A DNA stretch of 64,000 nucleotides from Octopus sinensis (Eukaryota): assembly GCF_006345805.1 (NCBI RefSeq), contig NC_043004.1, forward strand, positions 12,214,001-12,278,000. Reading direction: 5' to 3'. Made by a program: the position numbers and the translations under genes. The notes under the pieces were generated by a model. That model was given only the letters and a program-made list of their open reading frames with translations, made no database searches and was not told where the DNA came from. This document shows positions 39,234 to 53,531 of the stretch, piece after piece (position 1 is the first letter of the stretch; each line of letters opens with the position of its first letter).

Positions 39234-40073
39234 AGTGCCCCAGCATGGCTACAGTGCAATGAGTGAAACAAGTAAAATGATGCATATGCCACATAAATGA
39301 AAAAAAGCACCCATTCTGGTGTCATAAAAAGCACCCATACATTCTCTAGAGTGGTGGGCATTAAAGAAGGGCATCCAGCTGTGGAAACCAAACCAAAGCA
39401 AACAGTTGGAGCTTGGTACAGCTCTCTGTCTTGACAGTTCCTTGTCAAACCGTCCATCATGAAAAGCTGACATTAAATGATGACGATGATGATGATGACG
39501 TCGATGATGATAATGATGATGTCGATGATGATGTGGGTGGAGGGCGTATATGATTCCCCTCCTCCCACGCAGGAGCCTGCTTCTTGCTCTCTAAAGTACA
39601 CACAGCATATTTACTTGAAACATTATATCCCATACATCCATGTGTATTAATTTCTGTTCCACCACGGTGGAAGGAAATCTGAAAGCCCACTGCAAATTCT
39701 TTATATTTGATATTTTATCTCAATATTCCATACTTCCTAGGATTTTTTTCTTTCCTTCTTTTGTTCTTACTCTTTTTTTTTTTTTTTCCGTGTTTAAATT
39801 AATTTATTTGTATATTTATTTGTTTGGAATATAAATTTGAAACCTTTAACCTCTTTCATCACTATCGAGGAATGCTTTCAGCCTCTGTCGCCAGAGGCTA
39901 TAGGCTTTTGTAACACAGTGGTGATGATGATGATGATGATGATGATGATGCTGCTGCTGATGATGATGATGGTTGCATAGCACTAAAGTAGGACAGAATT
40001 GCAAAAGAAATATTGCAAATCTAAGATCACAAACACTTGCATGAACCCCCTCTTTGCCGTCACCACCACCACC

Positions 40074-40106
<33 letters not shown>

Positions 40107-40449
40107 GCTACTACGAGAACTATGTGTGTGTGTTGTATGTATGTATATGTATATGTGTGTATGTATGTATGTATGTATCTATATGTGTATGTATGGATAT
40201 ATATGTATATATATATATGTGTATGTATGGATATATATGTATATTTATATATGTATGTATATATGGGTGTGTGTGTGTGTATATATAAATGTTATATATA
40301 TATATGCATATATATATATATACACACATACATATACATATGCACTCACATATATATATACATACAGACATATACATATACAACATATATACTCACACAT
40401 AGATTTATACATATATATACACTGTACATACTCATGCATAATTATATAC

Positions 40450-40529
<80 letters not shown>

Positions 40530-40545
40530 TTGTACCTGTAAACAA

Positions 40546-40581
<36 letters not shown>

Positions 40582-40827
40582 GTGTGTGTGTATGCATGCA
40601 CACACATATACAAGACGCTAAAAACATTTCTTTAGAAAACAAAAGAATGATAAGCGAATGTGAGTCAGAGCCATTATGAGTCAAACGAAACAACTGTGAA
40701 ATCATCTTCCTGAAAATTGAGAGTCAAGGTTTACAGTTCCTGCTGAAGTTGATGGTTTCTGCCCTAGTTTTCTTCACCACCACCACCACCACCACTACCA
40801 CCATCATCATCATCATCTGCATTATTA

Positions 40828-40870
<43 letters not shown>

Positions 40871-40873
40871 TAC

Positions 40874-40907
<34 letters not shown>

Positions 40908-41149
40908 TTTGTTTCCTCTTTTTATTTCCTTCCAACCGGAACCATTATTTGTCTCTCTGTTTTACTTGTTATTTCTTTTTACTTTATTTTTATTTTAATT
41001 TATTTTTTTTTTTTTCCATATTTCTTGAAATCTTCTTTGATGAGGACTTTCTAAGTGTTACATGCTATTCTTAGAATTTCTTTTTTCATCATCTATCTGT
41101 CTTTTGGCATTATGGGTTAAAATAGATCCGAAATTCTAGCTTCGACATC

Positions 41150-41795
41150 GCCAGCAGTTTCATCATCAACATCATCATCGTCATCATCATTGCAACTACT
41201 GCCACCACCACTACCACCACCACTAGTATCATCTTCACCATTATTCTTTCTACCGTTTCCATTAACAGACCCGACTTCCACAGTATCAGGAACCAGAACA
41301 CTTCCAGCATTTAGCTGTACAAATTTCAATATCACCATTGCGACTACCACTAGCATCACAAAGACCATCAGAAAATGTCATCACTACCACCACCGCTGCC
41401 ATCTTTACAATCATCACCACCACCGCCATAGTTGCAATAATCTTCATAACCACTACCATTATCACAACCATCACCAACACTATATCACTAACATTACTAT
41501 GACCAACATTGCTACATTGCTACCACCATTATCATCACTACTATCACCACCACCACCACCACTGCCAACACTGCTACTATCACCACCACCCCTACCATCA
41601 CTACCACCACAGCCACCACGACCATTGCTACCACCATTATCATCACCACCACCACAAAAACACTGCCAACACTTCTACCATCACCACCAGCACTACTATC
41701 ACCTCCACTACCATTATTACAACCACAACCATTACTACCACCATTACCATTGTCACCACTACAACCAAGACTACCATCACCATTGCCAACATCTC
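41150..41795. repeat. Degenerate (CAC/CAT/TAC)n trinucleotide low-complexity tract
   Basis: Open in several frames as poly-His/Pro/Thr; no convincing splice context. Confidence 0.85.
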
Positions 41796-42039
41796 TAGCA
41801 TTAAATTTTTTAATGATATAAATTTTAGTTCCAAAATCAGAGAAAAAAGACAAGAAAAAACAACAATGCAAGGACGTGGTACATGCGAAGTATTAATAAG
41901 ATGCTCGGAGAAAGAAAGAAAGAGTGGTTGTTTTACGCTTTGAGCAAAGCTCTTCTTCAGAAACAGGAAACACAGGAAAGTCCAACAGAAAAGAAAGGAG
42001 GAGGAAAAAATCACCAACAGTCCACATGTAGTTACATAG

Positions 42040-42080
<41 letters not shown>

Positions 42081-42793
42081 TTGTGATACCTGTACCGGTG
42101 GCATGTAAAAAGCACCATCCGAACGTGGCCGATGCCAGCTCCGCCTTGACTGGCTTCTGTGCCAGTGGCACGTAAAAAGCACCCTCTACACTCACTGAGT
42201 GGTTGGTGTTAGGAAGGGCATCCAGCTGTAGAAACACTGCCAGATCAGACTGGAGCCTAGTGCAGACTCCTGGCTTCCCAGACCCCGGTCGAACCGTCCA
42301 ACCCGTGCTAGCTCAGAAAACGGACGTTAAGCGATGATGATGATGATATATATATATATATATACGACAGACACATTTCACTTTCCATCTACCAAATCCA
42401 CTCACAAGGCTTTGGTTGGCCCAAGGTTATAGTAGAAGACACAAGATGCCATGCAGTGGGACTGAACTGGGAATCGTGTGTTTGGAAAGCTACCTTCCTT
42501 CAGCAATTTCAATGGTTCTCCAAGAGTAAAAAGGATTTAATAACGCTGCTGTAGAGATTGACCTCCTCATTTAAGTAAACATTGTATGCTTGCTTTGGAG
42601 GTGACAAACTTGATCACTTATCCTTCTAGTATTATTGCAACTGGAATAAGACTTCAGAAGTACGAAGCACACAACACACCTGAAATCACAAATCTCCGTA
42701 GCTTTTGCAATATTTTTGTAGTTTCTCTTCTAAACTTATTTATAACCGATGAAGTCAAACCTTTTGAAGAAATAATTTATCAAATCTATATCA

Positions 42794-42848
<55 letters not shown>

Positions 42849-43161
42849 GTGTGTGTGTGGTATTTTATTTCTCCTTTATATAGCAAATCAAGATGGGAAA
42901 TATTCACTTTATCATTGCATTAACAACAGTTTCTTGTCACATCATCACATTAGCAGTTTCTAACCAATTTCAGGATTGAGTTACTGGATTAATTCCATAT
43001 CAATCATCAGTCTGAAAAATTAATCTTGATAAGATGCATTATTGCCACTAGGAAATAATACAGAGTGGTATAAGTGAGATGTATGTGTGAAAGACAAACT
43101 GGCGCAGTCAGTTTGTCATTTCTGTTCTATAGAATATAGAGTTTTGCAATATTTATTACAG

Positions 43162-43630
43162 GAGGCGGCAAGCTGCCAGAAACGTCAGCATGCTGGGTGA
43201 AACGCTTAGCGGTATTTTGTCTGTCTTTACAGAAGGCGGCGAGCTGGCAGAAGCGTTAGCACGCCGGGCGAAATGCGTAGCCATATTTCGTCTGTCGCTA
43301 CGTTCTGAATTCAAATTCCGCCGAGGTCGACTTTGCCTTTCATCCTTTCGGGGTCGATTAAATAAGTACCAGTTACGCACTGGGGTCGATAAAATTGATT
43401 TAATCCGTTTGTCTGTCCTTGTTTGTCCTCTCTGTGTTTAGCCCCTTGTGGGTAGTAAAGAAATAGGTATTTTGTCTGTCTTTACATTCTGAGTTCAAAT
43501 TCCGCCTAGGTCAACTTTGCCTTTCATCCTTTCGGGGTCGATAGATTAAGTACCAGTTGTATACTGGGGTCGATCTAATCGACTGGCACGCTCCCCAAAA
43601 ATTTCGGGCCTTGTGCCTAGAGTAGAAAAG
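43162..43630 (+). mobile_element. Nin/Deu-like SINE nested in another Nin/Deu-like SINE, both with TSDs
   Basis: Inner TSD GGTATTTTGTCTGTCTTTACA (43211-43231, 43466-43486); outer TSD AATATTTATTACAG (43148-43161, 43631-43644). Confidence 0.92.
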
Positions 43631-43724
43631 AATATTTATTACAGCATTCTGTGCTGAGATTTGATCTCAGTTCTTATCCTGGTGTCAATGTTGTCTTAAG
43701 GGCAAGTTGCCTGAGTGCTCAACA

Positions 43725-44130
43725 AGTCTAGGGGCCCATTGTTAATCTATAAATGTTGTGGATGTGTACATAGGGACTGCATGAATCTAGGGGCCCATGC
43801 TTAACTAAGAATGCTGTGAATGTATAAATAGAGGCCCCATGAGTCTAGGGTCCCATGAATCTAGGGCTCTCTTCCTAACGTATGAATACTGCAGTTGGAT
43901 ACATAGGGGTCCCATGAGTTCAAGAGCCCACTGCTAATCAATGAATGTTATGGTTTTGCACATAGAAGCCCACTGAAATCCCATGAATCCCATAGAAATT
44001 CCATGAATCTAGGGATCCACTGCTAATCTATGAATGTTGCCTGTGGTTGTGTATATAGGGGCCCCATGAATCTAGGAACCCACTGCTAATCTATGAATGT
44101 TGTGGTTGCATATACATGGACCCCACTACA
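43725..44130. repeat. Degenerate ~60-bp tandem repeat
   Basis: 'catgaatctagg.gcccactgctaatctatgaatgttgtgg' recurs about 5-6 times. Confidence 0.75.
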
Positions 44131-44539
44131 GTAATTTCCTTAGGGTTCTTGTTATGCACATCAATTACTCTACCTCCCTGCTATTAGTGATCACTAAGGA
44201 AAGACCTCACTTTGCATTTTGTCTCTCTCCAGCATCAGTAAAATAAAGTAACAGTTAAGGACTAAGTACTGGAGTTGGTTTGATTAACCCTTTTCCCCTA
44301 TTTAGTGATCTCATGCATGTATATATGTATCAGTCTATCTGTGTATGTGTGTGTCTATATGTATTTATATGTATGTATGTGTGTATGTGGATATATATAT
44401 GTATATATATATATATAGTTATGAATAAAAAAATATATATATATGTATGTATGTATGTATCATCATCATTTAATGTCCATTGTCCATGCTGGCATGGGTT
44501 GAACTGTTTGACTGGGTTACTCGACCAGAAGAAAACTCT

Positions 44540-44733
44540 AACTGGGCCCTACCTGCAAGGTCATGTGCTGTTTATCTTGATATGAGATCACCATGTCACG
44601 CACATATGATTGTGATGCATGTGCCTAGTGTACCCTTATCAGACGGGTAGTCATGATGGGTATACTGGGCTTCGTATATTTTACCCCAGTGTCACTTTGA
44701 TGGCATGCACTGTTCTCTCACTCAATAATTATA

Positions 44734-44764
<31 letters not shown>

Positions 44765-44765
44765 C
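44540..44765 (+). mobile_element. Probable LINE 3'UTR ending in (TAA)n
   Basis: Higher-GC segment that interrupts an (ATC)n-family element and ends in an AAT tract; family not identified. Confidence 0.4.
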
Positions 44766-46804
44766 ATGTGGGCGTGCTATGGTTTGTAGTAGGATGTTAA
44801 ATAGTCAAGTGTCCTGAAAGTGACTTGTTGTGGATGGTAGTATATGTATGTATATAAATATGTATGTTGATTCAGTTTTTGGTAAGGAACAGGCAGTACT
44901 GTCACTTGATCTGTTAGAAAAAGCATCTACATCTTGCATAAATCACACCCTACCATCCTAAACTTGTTGGTCATGGCTGGAATACTCTTAATCAGGGATC
45001 AGCTCAGCTAGAACTGACCTGTGGCTAAACAAAAAAAAAATTACAAAATCAACAATAAAAACTACTACTTATTGCTTTATTGCCCACAGGGGGGCTCAAC
45101 ATAGAGGGGACAAACAAGGACAGATAAATGGATTAAGTCGATTACATCGACCCCAGTGCATAACTGGTACTTATTTAATCGACCCCCGAAAGGATGAAAG
45201 GCAAAGTCGACCCCGGTGGAATTTGAACTCAGAACATAACGGCAGACGAAATACCGCTAAGCATTTCACCCGGCGTGCTAACGATTCTGCCAGCTCTCTG
45301 CCCTCTACCATTACTACTACTATTACTACTACCACCACCACCAACACCAACACTACAACCGTGTCTGTTGTTCTGTTAGATCCATTAATTTCAAGCTGAT
45401 ATATACTTTGTTTCACAAGATTGAAATAACATAACACTCCCCACTACCACCACCATCACCACTGAATTTTCTTCACTATCTGCCTCTTTCTACCCCTCTG
45501 AGAAATAATAGGAGAACCTGTATCTGGTCATTCAAAGTGCTAGAAATTACAGCCAAATCTCCCTCAGATAACACATTCTACTGACTTTCAAGTAAGATAA
45601 ACACAATGGTTAATCTAGCCCTGAATATATAGAATGTATGAAAATCATTGGGGAATGTCATGGGTGGAAATAAAATATACATACATGTGCTTCTTCAGAG
45701 ATGATCCAGGATTTAATAACAACCACCATAGCCAGTATCATCACTTCTCAATCCTCTTATCTCCTCTTACTCCTCCTTCTCCTCCTCCTCCTTCTGGAGG
45801 GCTGGGTTGGGTGTGGAGGTGATTCCTGGAGATATTTCTTTGCATCTTTGTCAAATGTTGTTGTTGGTGGTGGAAGGGCAGCAGTGTATGTATGGGAGAG
45901 GCAGGTAGAGGTGGAGTTTTGCAGTTATTGTGTAGGATAGGACCAATTTGATCTGACAAGAAGAACCCTTTTAAATTTGGAGGTTCACCAAAACTGGGTT
46001 ACACCCCCTCCATCCTTTCATCCCCCCCTCTCTCTCTCTCTCTCTGTAATCATTTATTTTTTTTACTCTTTTACTTGTTTCAGTCATTTGACTGTGGCTA
46101 TGCTGGAGCACTGCCTTTAGTCGAACAAATTGACCCCAGGACTTATTCTTTGTAAGCCTAGTATATTTATTCTATCAGTTACTTTTGCTGAACTGCTATG
46201 TTACATGAGTTAGTGAGTTTAATTCTTGGACCAGGCTGTGTGTTGTGTTCTTGAGCAAATACTTATTTCATGTTACTCAAAAATAACTCAGCTATAGAAA
46301 TGAGTTGTGATGTCACTGGTGCCAAGCTGTATCTCTCTTTGCCTTTCCCTTTGATAACATCAGGTGTGGAGAGGGGCAGCTTGTGTCCAGGCTTGTGCTT
46401 CGGAGGATTACTTTCTAAATGCAATCCCATGGTCATTCATAATGGAAGGGGGTCTTTACCCTTTACCCTTTACACGTGTTCAGATATTATCAGCATCATT
46501 CAGCATCTCTTTTCCATCCTAACAAGGGCTGGATAGTTTGACCAGACCAAAGATCCGCTGGACTGCATCAGCTTTCATATAGTTTCTATAGTGGAGTGCC
46601 CTTCCTAACACCAGCCACTCTACAGAGCGTACTGGGTCCTTTTACCATGACACCAACACTAGTGAGGTTGCCAAATAACTTACATGACAGGAAAATAAAC
46701 TCCCGTGGCTGAGTGAGAATGTACTCTAGAGGCGGGGTAGGATGTCATTATGTCAGGTGATGAGGGCCCAAATGGGGCCAAAGTATGAAAGAAGGACAAG
46801 CACA

Positions 46805-47762
46805 GGTGGCATGCAGATGGAATCATTAGAACATTGGAAAATATACCTTGCAGTATTTCTTCTGCCTCTGACACTCTGGGTTCAATTCTTGTTGAAGTCA
46901 ACTCTGCCTTTCGTCTTTTCGGGGTTAATAAATCAAGTACCAGTGAGACACTGGTGATGATGTAATCAACTAGTCCCCTCCCACAAAATTTCGAGCTTTG
47001 TGTCTTTAGAAGAAAGGATTATTATTATTATTACTATTATTATTATTATTAGTTTTAGTATTATCATTACCATTTACTGAAGTGGTGAGCTGGCAGAAAT
47101 GCTAGCATGCCAGGCGAAATACTTAACAGTATTTCATCTGTCTTCGTGTTCTGAGTTCAAATTCTGCTGAGGCTGATATAACCTTTCCTTCTTTCAGGGT
47201 CAATAAATTAAGCACTTGTAATCGACTAATCCCCTCTTCTAAAATTTCAGGCCTTGTGCCTTAAGTGGAAAGGATTATTATTACTGCTGTTGTTAAGGTA
47301 GTGAGCTGGCAGAACCGTTGGCACGCCGGGCAAAATGCTTAGTAGTATTTCATCTGCTGCTACATTCTGAGTTCAAATTCCGCCGAGGTCATCTTTGCTT
47401 TTCATCTTATCAGGGTTGATTAAATAAGTACTAGTTGTGCAGTGCACCGATATAATCGACTTCATCCCTTCCTCCAAATTTGAGGCCTTGTGCTTCCAGT
47501 CGAAAGAATTATTGTTGTTGCTGTTGTTATCAAAATTTTTATTGAGCTGACAAGTTTGTACAATCATTAGCACATTGGACACAATAAGTAGCAGCATTTC
47601 ATTGAACCTTTGTGCTCTGAGTTTAAATTCCACCGAGGTCAACTTTGCCTTTCATCCTTTCAGAGTTGATGAAATAAATACCTGTTGCACACTGGGGCCA
47701 ATGCAACTGACTTGTCCCCACCCCACCAAACTTCAGGCCTCGTGCCAAAATTTCAAACCATT
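46805..47762 (+). mobile_element. Head-to-tail array of four diverged Nin/Deu-like SINEs joined by (ATT)n tails
   Basis: Heads near 46805, 47080, 47296 and 47543, the first three ending 'gaaag.attatt'. Confidence 0.85.
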
Positions 47763-49166
47763 ATGAGGACAGATACATTCCTCTTTGGTAGAGCTCTCAT
47801 TGACTTTTTCAAGTTTCACTTGAAAGGGAAATTGTGAGTGGAGAGGGAAGTGCAGTCCTTGAGTAAGTTTATTGAAAGGTGGGTGAAAGTTGCAAAAATG
47901 TCAAGAGTGGATGGTACCTCTCTAAGTGTTGACCTGTGAGTTGGAGATAAGGAAATGGAGAGGGCACTTGCACATAGAGTTTCAGATTGTACAAAAGGAG
48001 GCGAGCTGGCAGAACTGTTTGCACGCGGGCGAAATGCGTAGCTGTATTTCATCTGCCATTACCTTCTGAGTTCGAATTCCACCGAGGTCGACTTTGCCTT
48101 TCATCCTTTCGGGGTCGATAGATTAAGTACCAGTTATGTACTGGGGTCGATGTAATCGGCTTAATCCGTTTGTCTGTCCTTGTTTGTCCCCTCTATGTTT
48201 AGCCCCTTGTGGGTAGTAAAGAAACAGATTATCCCTAGAGGTGTTTCTGTATCAGGAGGGCCCTATTCTCTATCGTCTCCCCCTACATTTTTTTTTGCCT
48301 TTGTATGCTATGCATATGTCCCTTCTTTTCCATCATATACCGTGTATACTTTTTTTAAAAATTTCATTATTATATGTAAACCCCCATAATTTATATTTGT
48401 CTCCCATCTTTTGCCCTTGTGACAAATAAATGAAATCATCGTCATCGTTGTCGTCGTCGCCGCCGCCGCCGTCGTCGTTGTTGTTGTTAATAAAAAAGGT
48501 AATGAGCTGGAAGAACCATTAGCATGTCAGACAAAAATGCCTACCAGCATTTCTTGTGACTCTTTATGTTCGGAGTTCAAATTCCTCTAAGGTCAACTCT
48601 GCCTTTCATCCTTTCAGGGTGAAGTACTGGGAGCAATATAATCGACAGTGCCTTTCCCAGTTGCTGGCTAAAACTGAGGAAGAGGTTGTCTACTAAAATT
48701 TGCAAAACTATTATTATTATTATTAACATCATCATCATCATCATCATCAACTGAATTCTTCTGGCAGAAAATCATTCTTCCATTTAAAGAACTTAGAAGA
48801 ACATAGCTTAAGATAAGAATGTGATAAACTAAATTTTAAAGGAAAAAAATGGAAAAATATAATGAAAAATACCCCCCAAAAAAAATCAGTGATAAAACAA
48901 AGTAAGTTAAAATAAGTGCATAACGGCTTTTCCATCCCTGCAAACACAGCAACAACAACAACAGGAATCTAAACATATCAAAGAGAACAAAACCCTATAC
49001 CCTTAGAAGGACCTAGGTTATATATGTCTAATGAGTTAACCATAAACTGATTTGTACCAGTTGATCTCTTCTTACTGAAAGTACAGTTAAAGGTTTAATG
49101 TTCTCATTTGAGCTCGACTTAGAGTTGTGATGTGTGTAAATAATTCCAACTGCACACTCAAACACA

Positions 49167-49233
<67 letters not shown>

Positions 49234-50125
49234 GACTCACATGCGATCAGACTGCATATCCAAACATGTATACAAGTATGCATATCCAAATACACACATA
49301 TATATACTCCATGCCAGCATGGAAACACGTTAAATGATGATGATGATGTATATAATATATAATGTATGTATGTATTTAATGTGTGTGTGTCATTGTTTGT
49401 CCACATAACTGAGCAGTTCAGCAAAAGAGACTGATAGTATAAGTAATAGGCTTACAAAGAATAAGTCCTGGGGTCGATTTCTTTGACTAAAACCTTTTAA
49501 GGTGGTGTTCCAGCATGGCCGCACTCAAATGACTGAGACAAGTCGAAGCATAAAAGAATAAAAGAATGTGTGCAAGATTTTGATTTTGTATGTATTTACA
49601 TTGTGTGTGTGTGTGTTTGTATGCGTGGGTGTGTGTGTGTATAGGCATGTTGGTTTGTGGGTAAGGTGTTGCATTCATGACTATAAGATTGTGGTTTCGA
49701 TTCCTGGAGAAGGCAATATATTGCATTCTTGAGCAAAACACTTCATTTCATGTTCCCTACAACTGACCAGCATTTCATTGTATGTGTGTATGTGTGGTAG
49801 GGGTATATTTACAAGAAACCAGCCTTATGAACCTATGGCTTGAGAAGGGCCTTTAATCCTTTCCTTCAATTGATATCATCAAAATCATCATCATCATTTA
49901 ATGTCTGTCTTCCATGCTAGCATGGGCTGCATGGTTTCACCACAGTTGGCAAGCTGGAGAGCTGTACCAGGTTTCAACCTAATTTGGCTTGGTTTCCACG
50001 GTTGGGTGCCCCTCCTAAAGCCAACCACATTCATTTCCTTTGATGTTGAGGATGCTCTTTATTTCTAATCCAAGTTTCTCACCTCTATCTGCTCATTGAG
50101 CGAATTCACTCAATGATAAAGTAAA

Positions 50126-50348
50126 TGTACATTATTTACATTTGACAGATATTTGTCCTTATCTTGTTTGTTGTTAGGACAACGTTTTGGCTGATATACC
50201 CTCCAGCCTTCATCAGGTGTCTTGGGGAAATTTCGAACCTGGGTTCTCATTCCTAAGGTGTTTTTCAATGTTATCATTCCTGGTCAAGGAATCGAACTCA
50301 CTACCTCATAATTGTGAACCTGACACTCCCACCACTGAGCCATGTGCT
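50126..50348 (-). mobile_element. Decayed copy of the tRNA-head + hammerhead element
   Basis: 50128-50272 is the reverse complement of 53528-53673, with the core GAAA mutated to AAAA; tRNA-like head at 50278-50348(-). Confidence 0.8.
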
Positions 50349-50445
50349 CATTACATGTATGCATATATATGTGCATGTATATATATATATATATACATAC
50401 ATATACATATAAATTCATATGTATATCTATATATGTGCGTGTATG

Positions 50446-50481
<36 letters not shown>

Positions 50482-50497
50482 GTATATATGTATATAT

Positions 50498-50543
<46 letters not shown>

Positions 50544-50815
50544 AATAATATTAGGGGGTAAATCCAAACTTACAGGGAAAAATTAGATTTAGGATTAAAT
50601 CTAATTTTATAGTATAAATATATATATATATTATATTAAATTAGAGATAAAACCACTATTAGGCAAATCAAATAGTGAAAATCATAAACCAATACATAGA
50701 AATAAAATTAATTAATATAAAATATATAGAATATAAAATTCAAAATTTAAAATATTTAAATTAGTGTTAAAATTTTAAAATTTATTTATATTAATAATTT
50801 ATACTTATAAATTTC

Positions 50816-50854
<39 letters not shown>

Positions 50855-51106
50855 CAATTGCAGCGTGGAAGGTGTTTATAAGCCATTTAAGAAACACACA
50901 AAAGCCGTTCGATTCACTTCAACATTTAAGTTTAATTTGTCAAAATATACGATCTCAGATCAAATTACTTGCTATGCGAGTACATCTCTGTATATATATA
51001 TATATATTTTATTATTATTTTATTTATTTTTTTGTTTTTAAATATAACTATCAAAATGTATTAAAAGTTTAATATAAGATAAAGAGTTGCATATGCTTGT
51101 GTGTAT

Positions 51107-51140
51107 ACTTGTCTAGACATCATATGATGTCTAGACAAGT
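51107..51140. repeat. Perfect 34-bp palindrome
   Basis: acttgtctagacatcatatgatgtctagacaagt equals its own reverse complement. Confidence 0.95.
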
Positions 51141-51314
51141 GTTATAAATGAGCATCACTGTCATAAAAGTGTTCATTTTCAGTTTTCCACGAAAAACATG
51201 TCTAGCTAGGGGAGAAATATTACCTTACTTGGAAACAAGTGAGAGTCAGTAATAGGAAGGGCATCTGGCCCTAAAAAATCCGAAGTCATGCAAGCATGAA
51301 AAAGTGGGCATTAA

Positions 51315-51347
<33 letters not shown>

Positions 51348-52614
51348 GTGATGTTGATGATGATGATGACGATGATGACGATGATGACGATGATGATCAT
51401 CATCATCTACTGTGAACATAACCAAAGTAGTGAGACAGCATAATTGTTTATAGTCTGTGTCCATTTGTATTGTTTGAGGGTTGAGAGAATGTGGGGCAGA
51501 TTGAGGAAGACATGTAGGAATGGAAGAAAGAGAGAGAGATATGTAGATATATTGCTAGAGAAAGAGAGGGAAAAAGAGAGGGTGGGTGAGATAGAGGGTC
51601 AGAGGAAGAATGACTGAAATAGAGTAATAGTGACCAAAGGTTGAGAAAGAAAGACATGAGTGAGAGAGGAAGCCAAAGTGGGAAAGATGGAGAGGTAGAT
51701 AGAATGAAGCAAGGAGAGAGAGAGAAAGCAAGAGTAAGTGGGAACAGTGGGTATACGAAGTAAGAGAGAGTGAAACAGCAAAAGGAAGAGAGAAGGGAGA
51801 GAGAGAAGTTTACTAAAGGGCTGCATAGGAAACCTGAATTTTTCAAGTCTCAAGTGGGTGGAACCAGTAGCATGTACCATTGTTTGTCTTAGAAAAAGGA
51901 AGAAAGTGTGGGACCATTTCCCCTCCCCCACTTTTCTCCAACAACAATACGCTTACATGACCATTGCCATAGAGAAAGCGGAAGGCTGATGCGTGCAATA
52001 ATGTCAAGCGCTACCAATGACTCTTGTATCTCGGCTGACAATTTCAGACAGGAACAAGTGGTAATTAACACCTCCATTGTATTATTATTATCATTATTAT
52101 TATTATTTAAGGCGGCAAGCTGGTAGAATTGTTAGCACACCAGGCACAATGCTTAGCAATATTTCGTCTGCCAGTACGTTCTGCGTTCAAATTCCGCTGA
52201 GGTTGACTTTGCCTTTCATCCTCTAGGGGTTGATAAATTAAGTACTAGTGAAACACTGGTGTCAATGTAATAAACTAGTCCCCTCCCCACAAATTTAAGG
52301 CCTTGTGCCTCCATTAGAAAGGACTATTATTATTATTATTGTTATTATTATTATTATTTTATTATTGTTATTTAAGGTGGCGAGCTGGCAGAATCATTAG
52401 CATGCCAGGCAAAATTCTTAACATTATTTTGTCTGCCGCTACGTTCTGAGTTCAAATTCTGCCAAAGTCGACTTTGCCTTTCATCCTTTCAGGGTTGATT
52501 AAATAAGTACCAGTTATGCACTGGATCGATGTAATCGACTTAATCCCTTCCCCCAAATTTGAGGACATGTGCTTCCAGTAGAAAGGATAATTATCATTAT
52601 TGTTGTTCTTCTTA

Positions 52615-52653
<39 letters not shown>

Positions 52654-53329
52654 CTTTGTCAGAGATAATCATGGTTACAAGTATGGCCATGTGGTTAAGA
52701 TGTTGATTGATATCCAAAGGGTTTCAGGTTCAGTCCCCTATTGCACAGTACTTTTAACAAGTTATATTTACCATATTTGTTGACTGCTCAGCCAATATTG
52801 CCCAGCCAAGTATTTCTTGGAGTAATCCATAATTCTGACCTGAAAGCTCTCTGGAACAAACTTCTCAATTTGTTTATGCCAGTGACCAGTGTCTCTCATG
52901 GCATATCATTGCTTTCTTGTTTCCTCCATTAACCCTCTGTAGGATCATCATCATCATACTGACATGAGTTGTATGGTTTGACAGGAGCTGGCCAGCCGAG
53001 GAGCTGTCAAGGCTCCAATTGTTTGTTTTGACATGGTTTCTATGACTGGATGTCCTTCCTAATGCCAGACATCTTTACAGAGTGTACGGGATGCTTTTTA
53101 TGTGGCACTGCTGCAGGTACAAGCATTCCATCACATCGCATTGCCTGACTCATAAGAGATTGTGAGCGTATGGAAACATTTCAGATGCTAAGAGTCCAGT
53201 CTTGGATTTTTGTTCAATTCAAAACCACAGCTACATCAGAGAGATGAACTGTGCAAAGATGTGCACCAGAAATGCTTATTATTTAAGCATCTCTGCAGTC
53301 TGTGTGTCATTATCCAAAACATATCAAAG

Positions 53330-53488
53330 CTCAGTTCTATATTTAAGAGATGAGGAATTATGTACATTATTTACATTTGATGAATATTTGTCCTCATCTT
53401 ATTTGTTGTATGCCCACAGGCATATGGCGTAGTGATTAAAAGTGCGGGCTACTAACCCCAAGATTCTGAGTTCGATTCCAGGCATTGA

Positions 53489-53531
<43 letters not shown>

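Noticed and set aside
41190-42182. His/Pro/Thr-rich ORFs resembling mucin or His-rich proteins
   Set aside because: Degenerate trinucleotide repeat open in most frames on both strands; no domain and no convincing splice sites.
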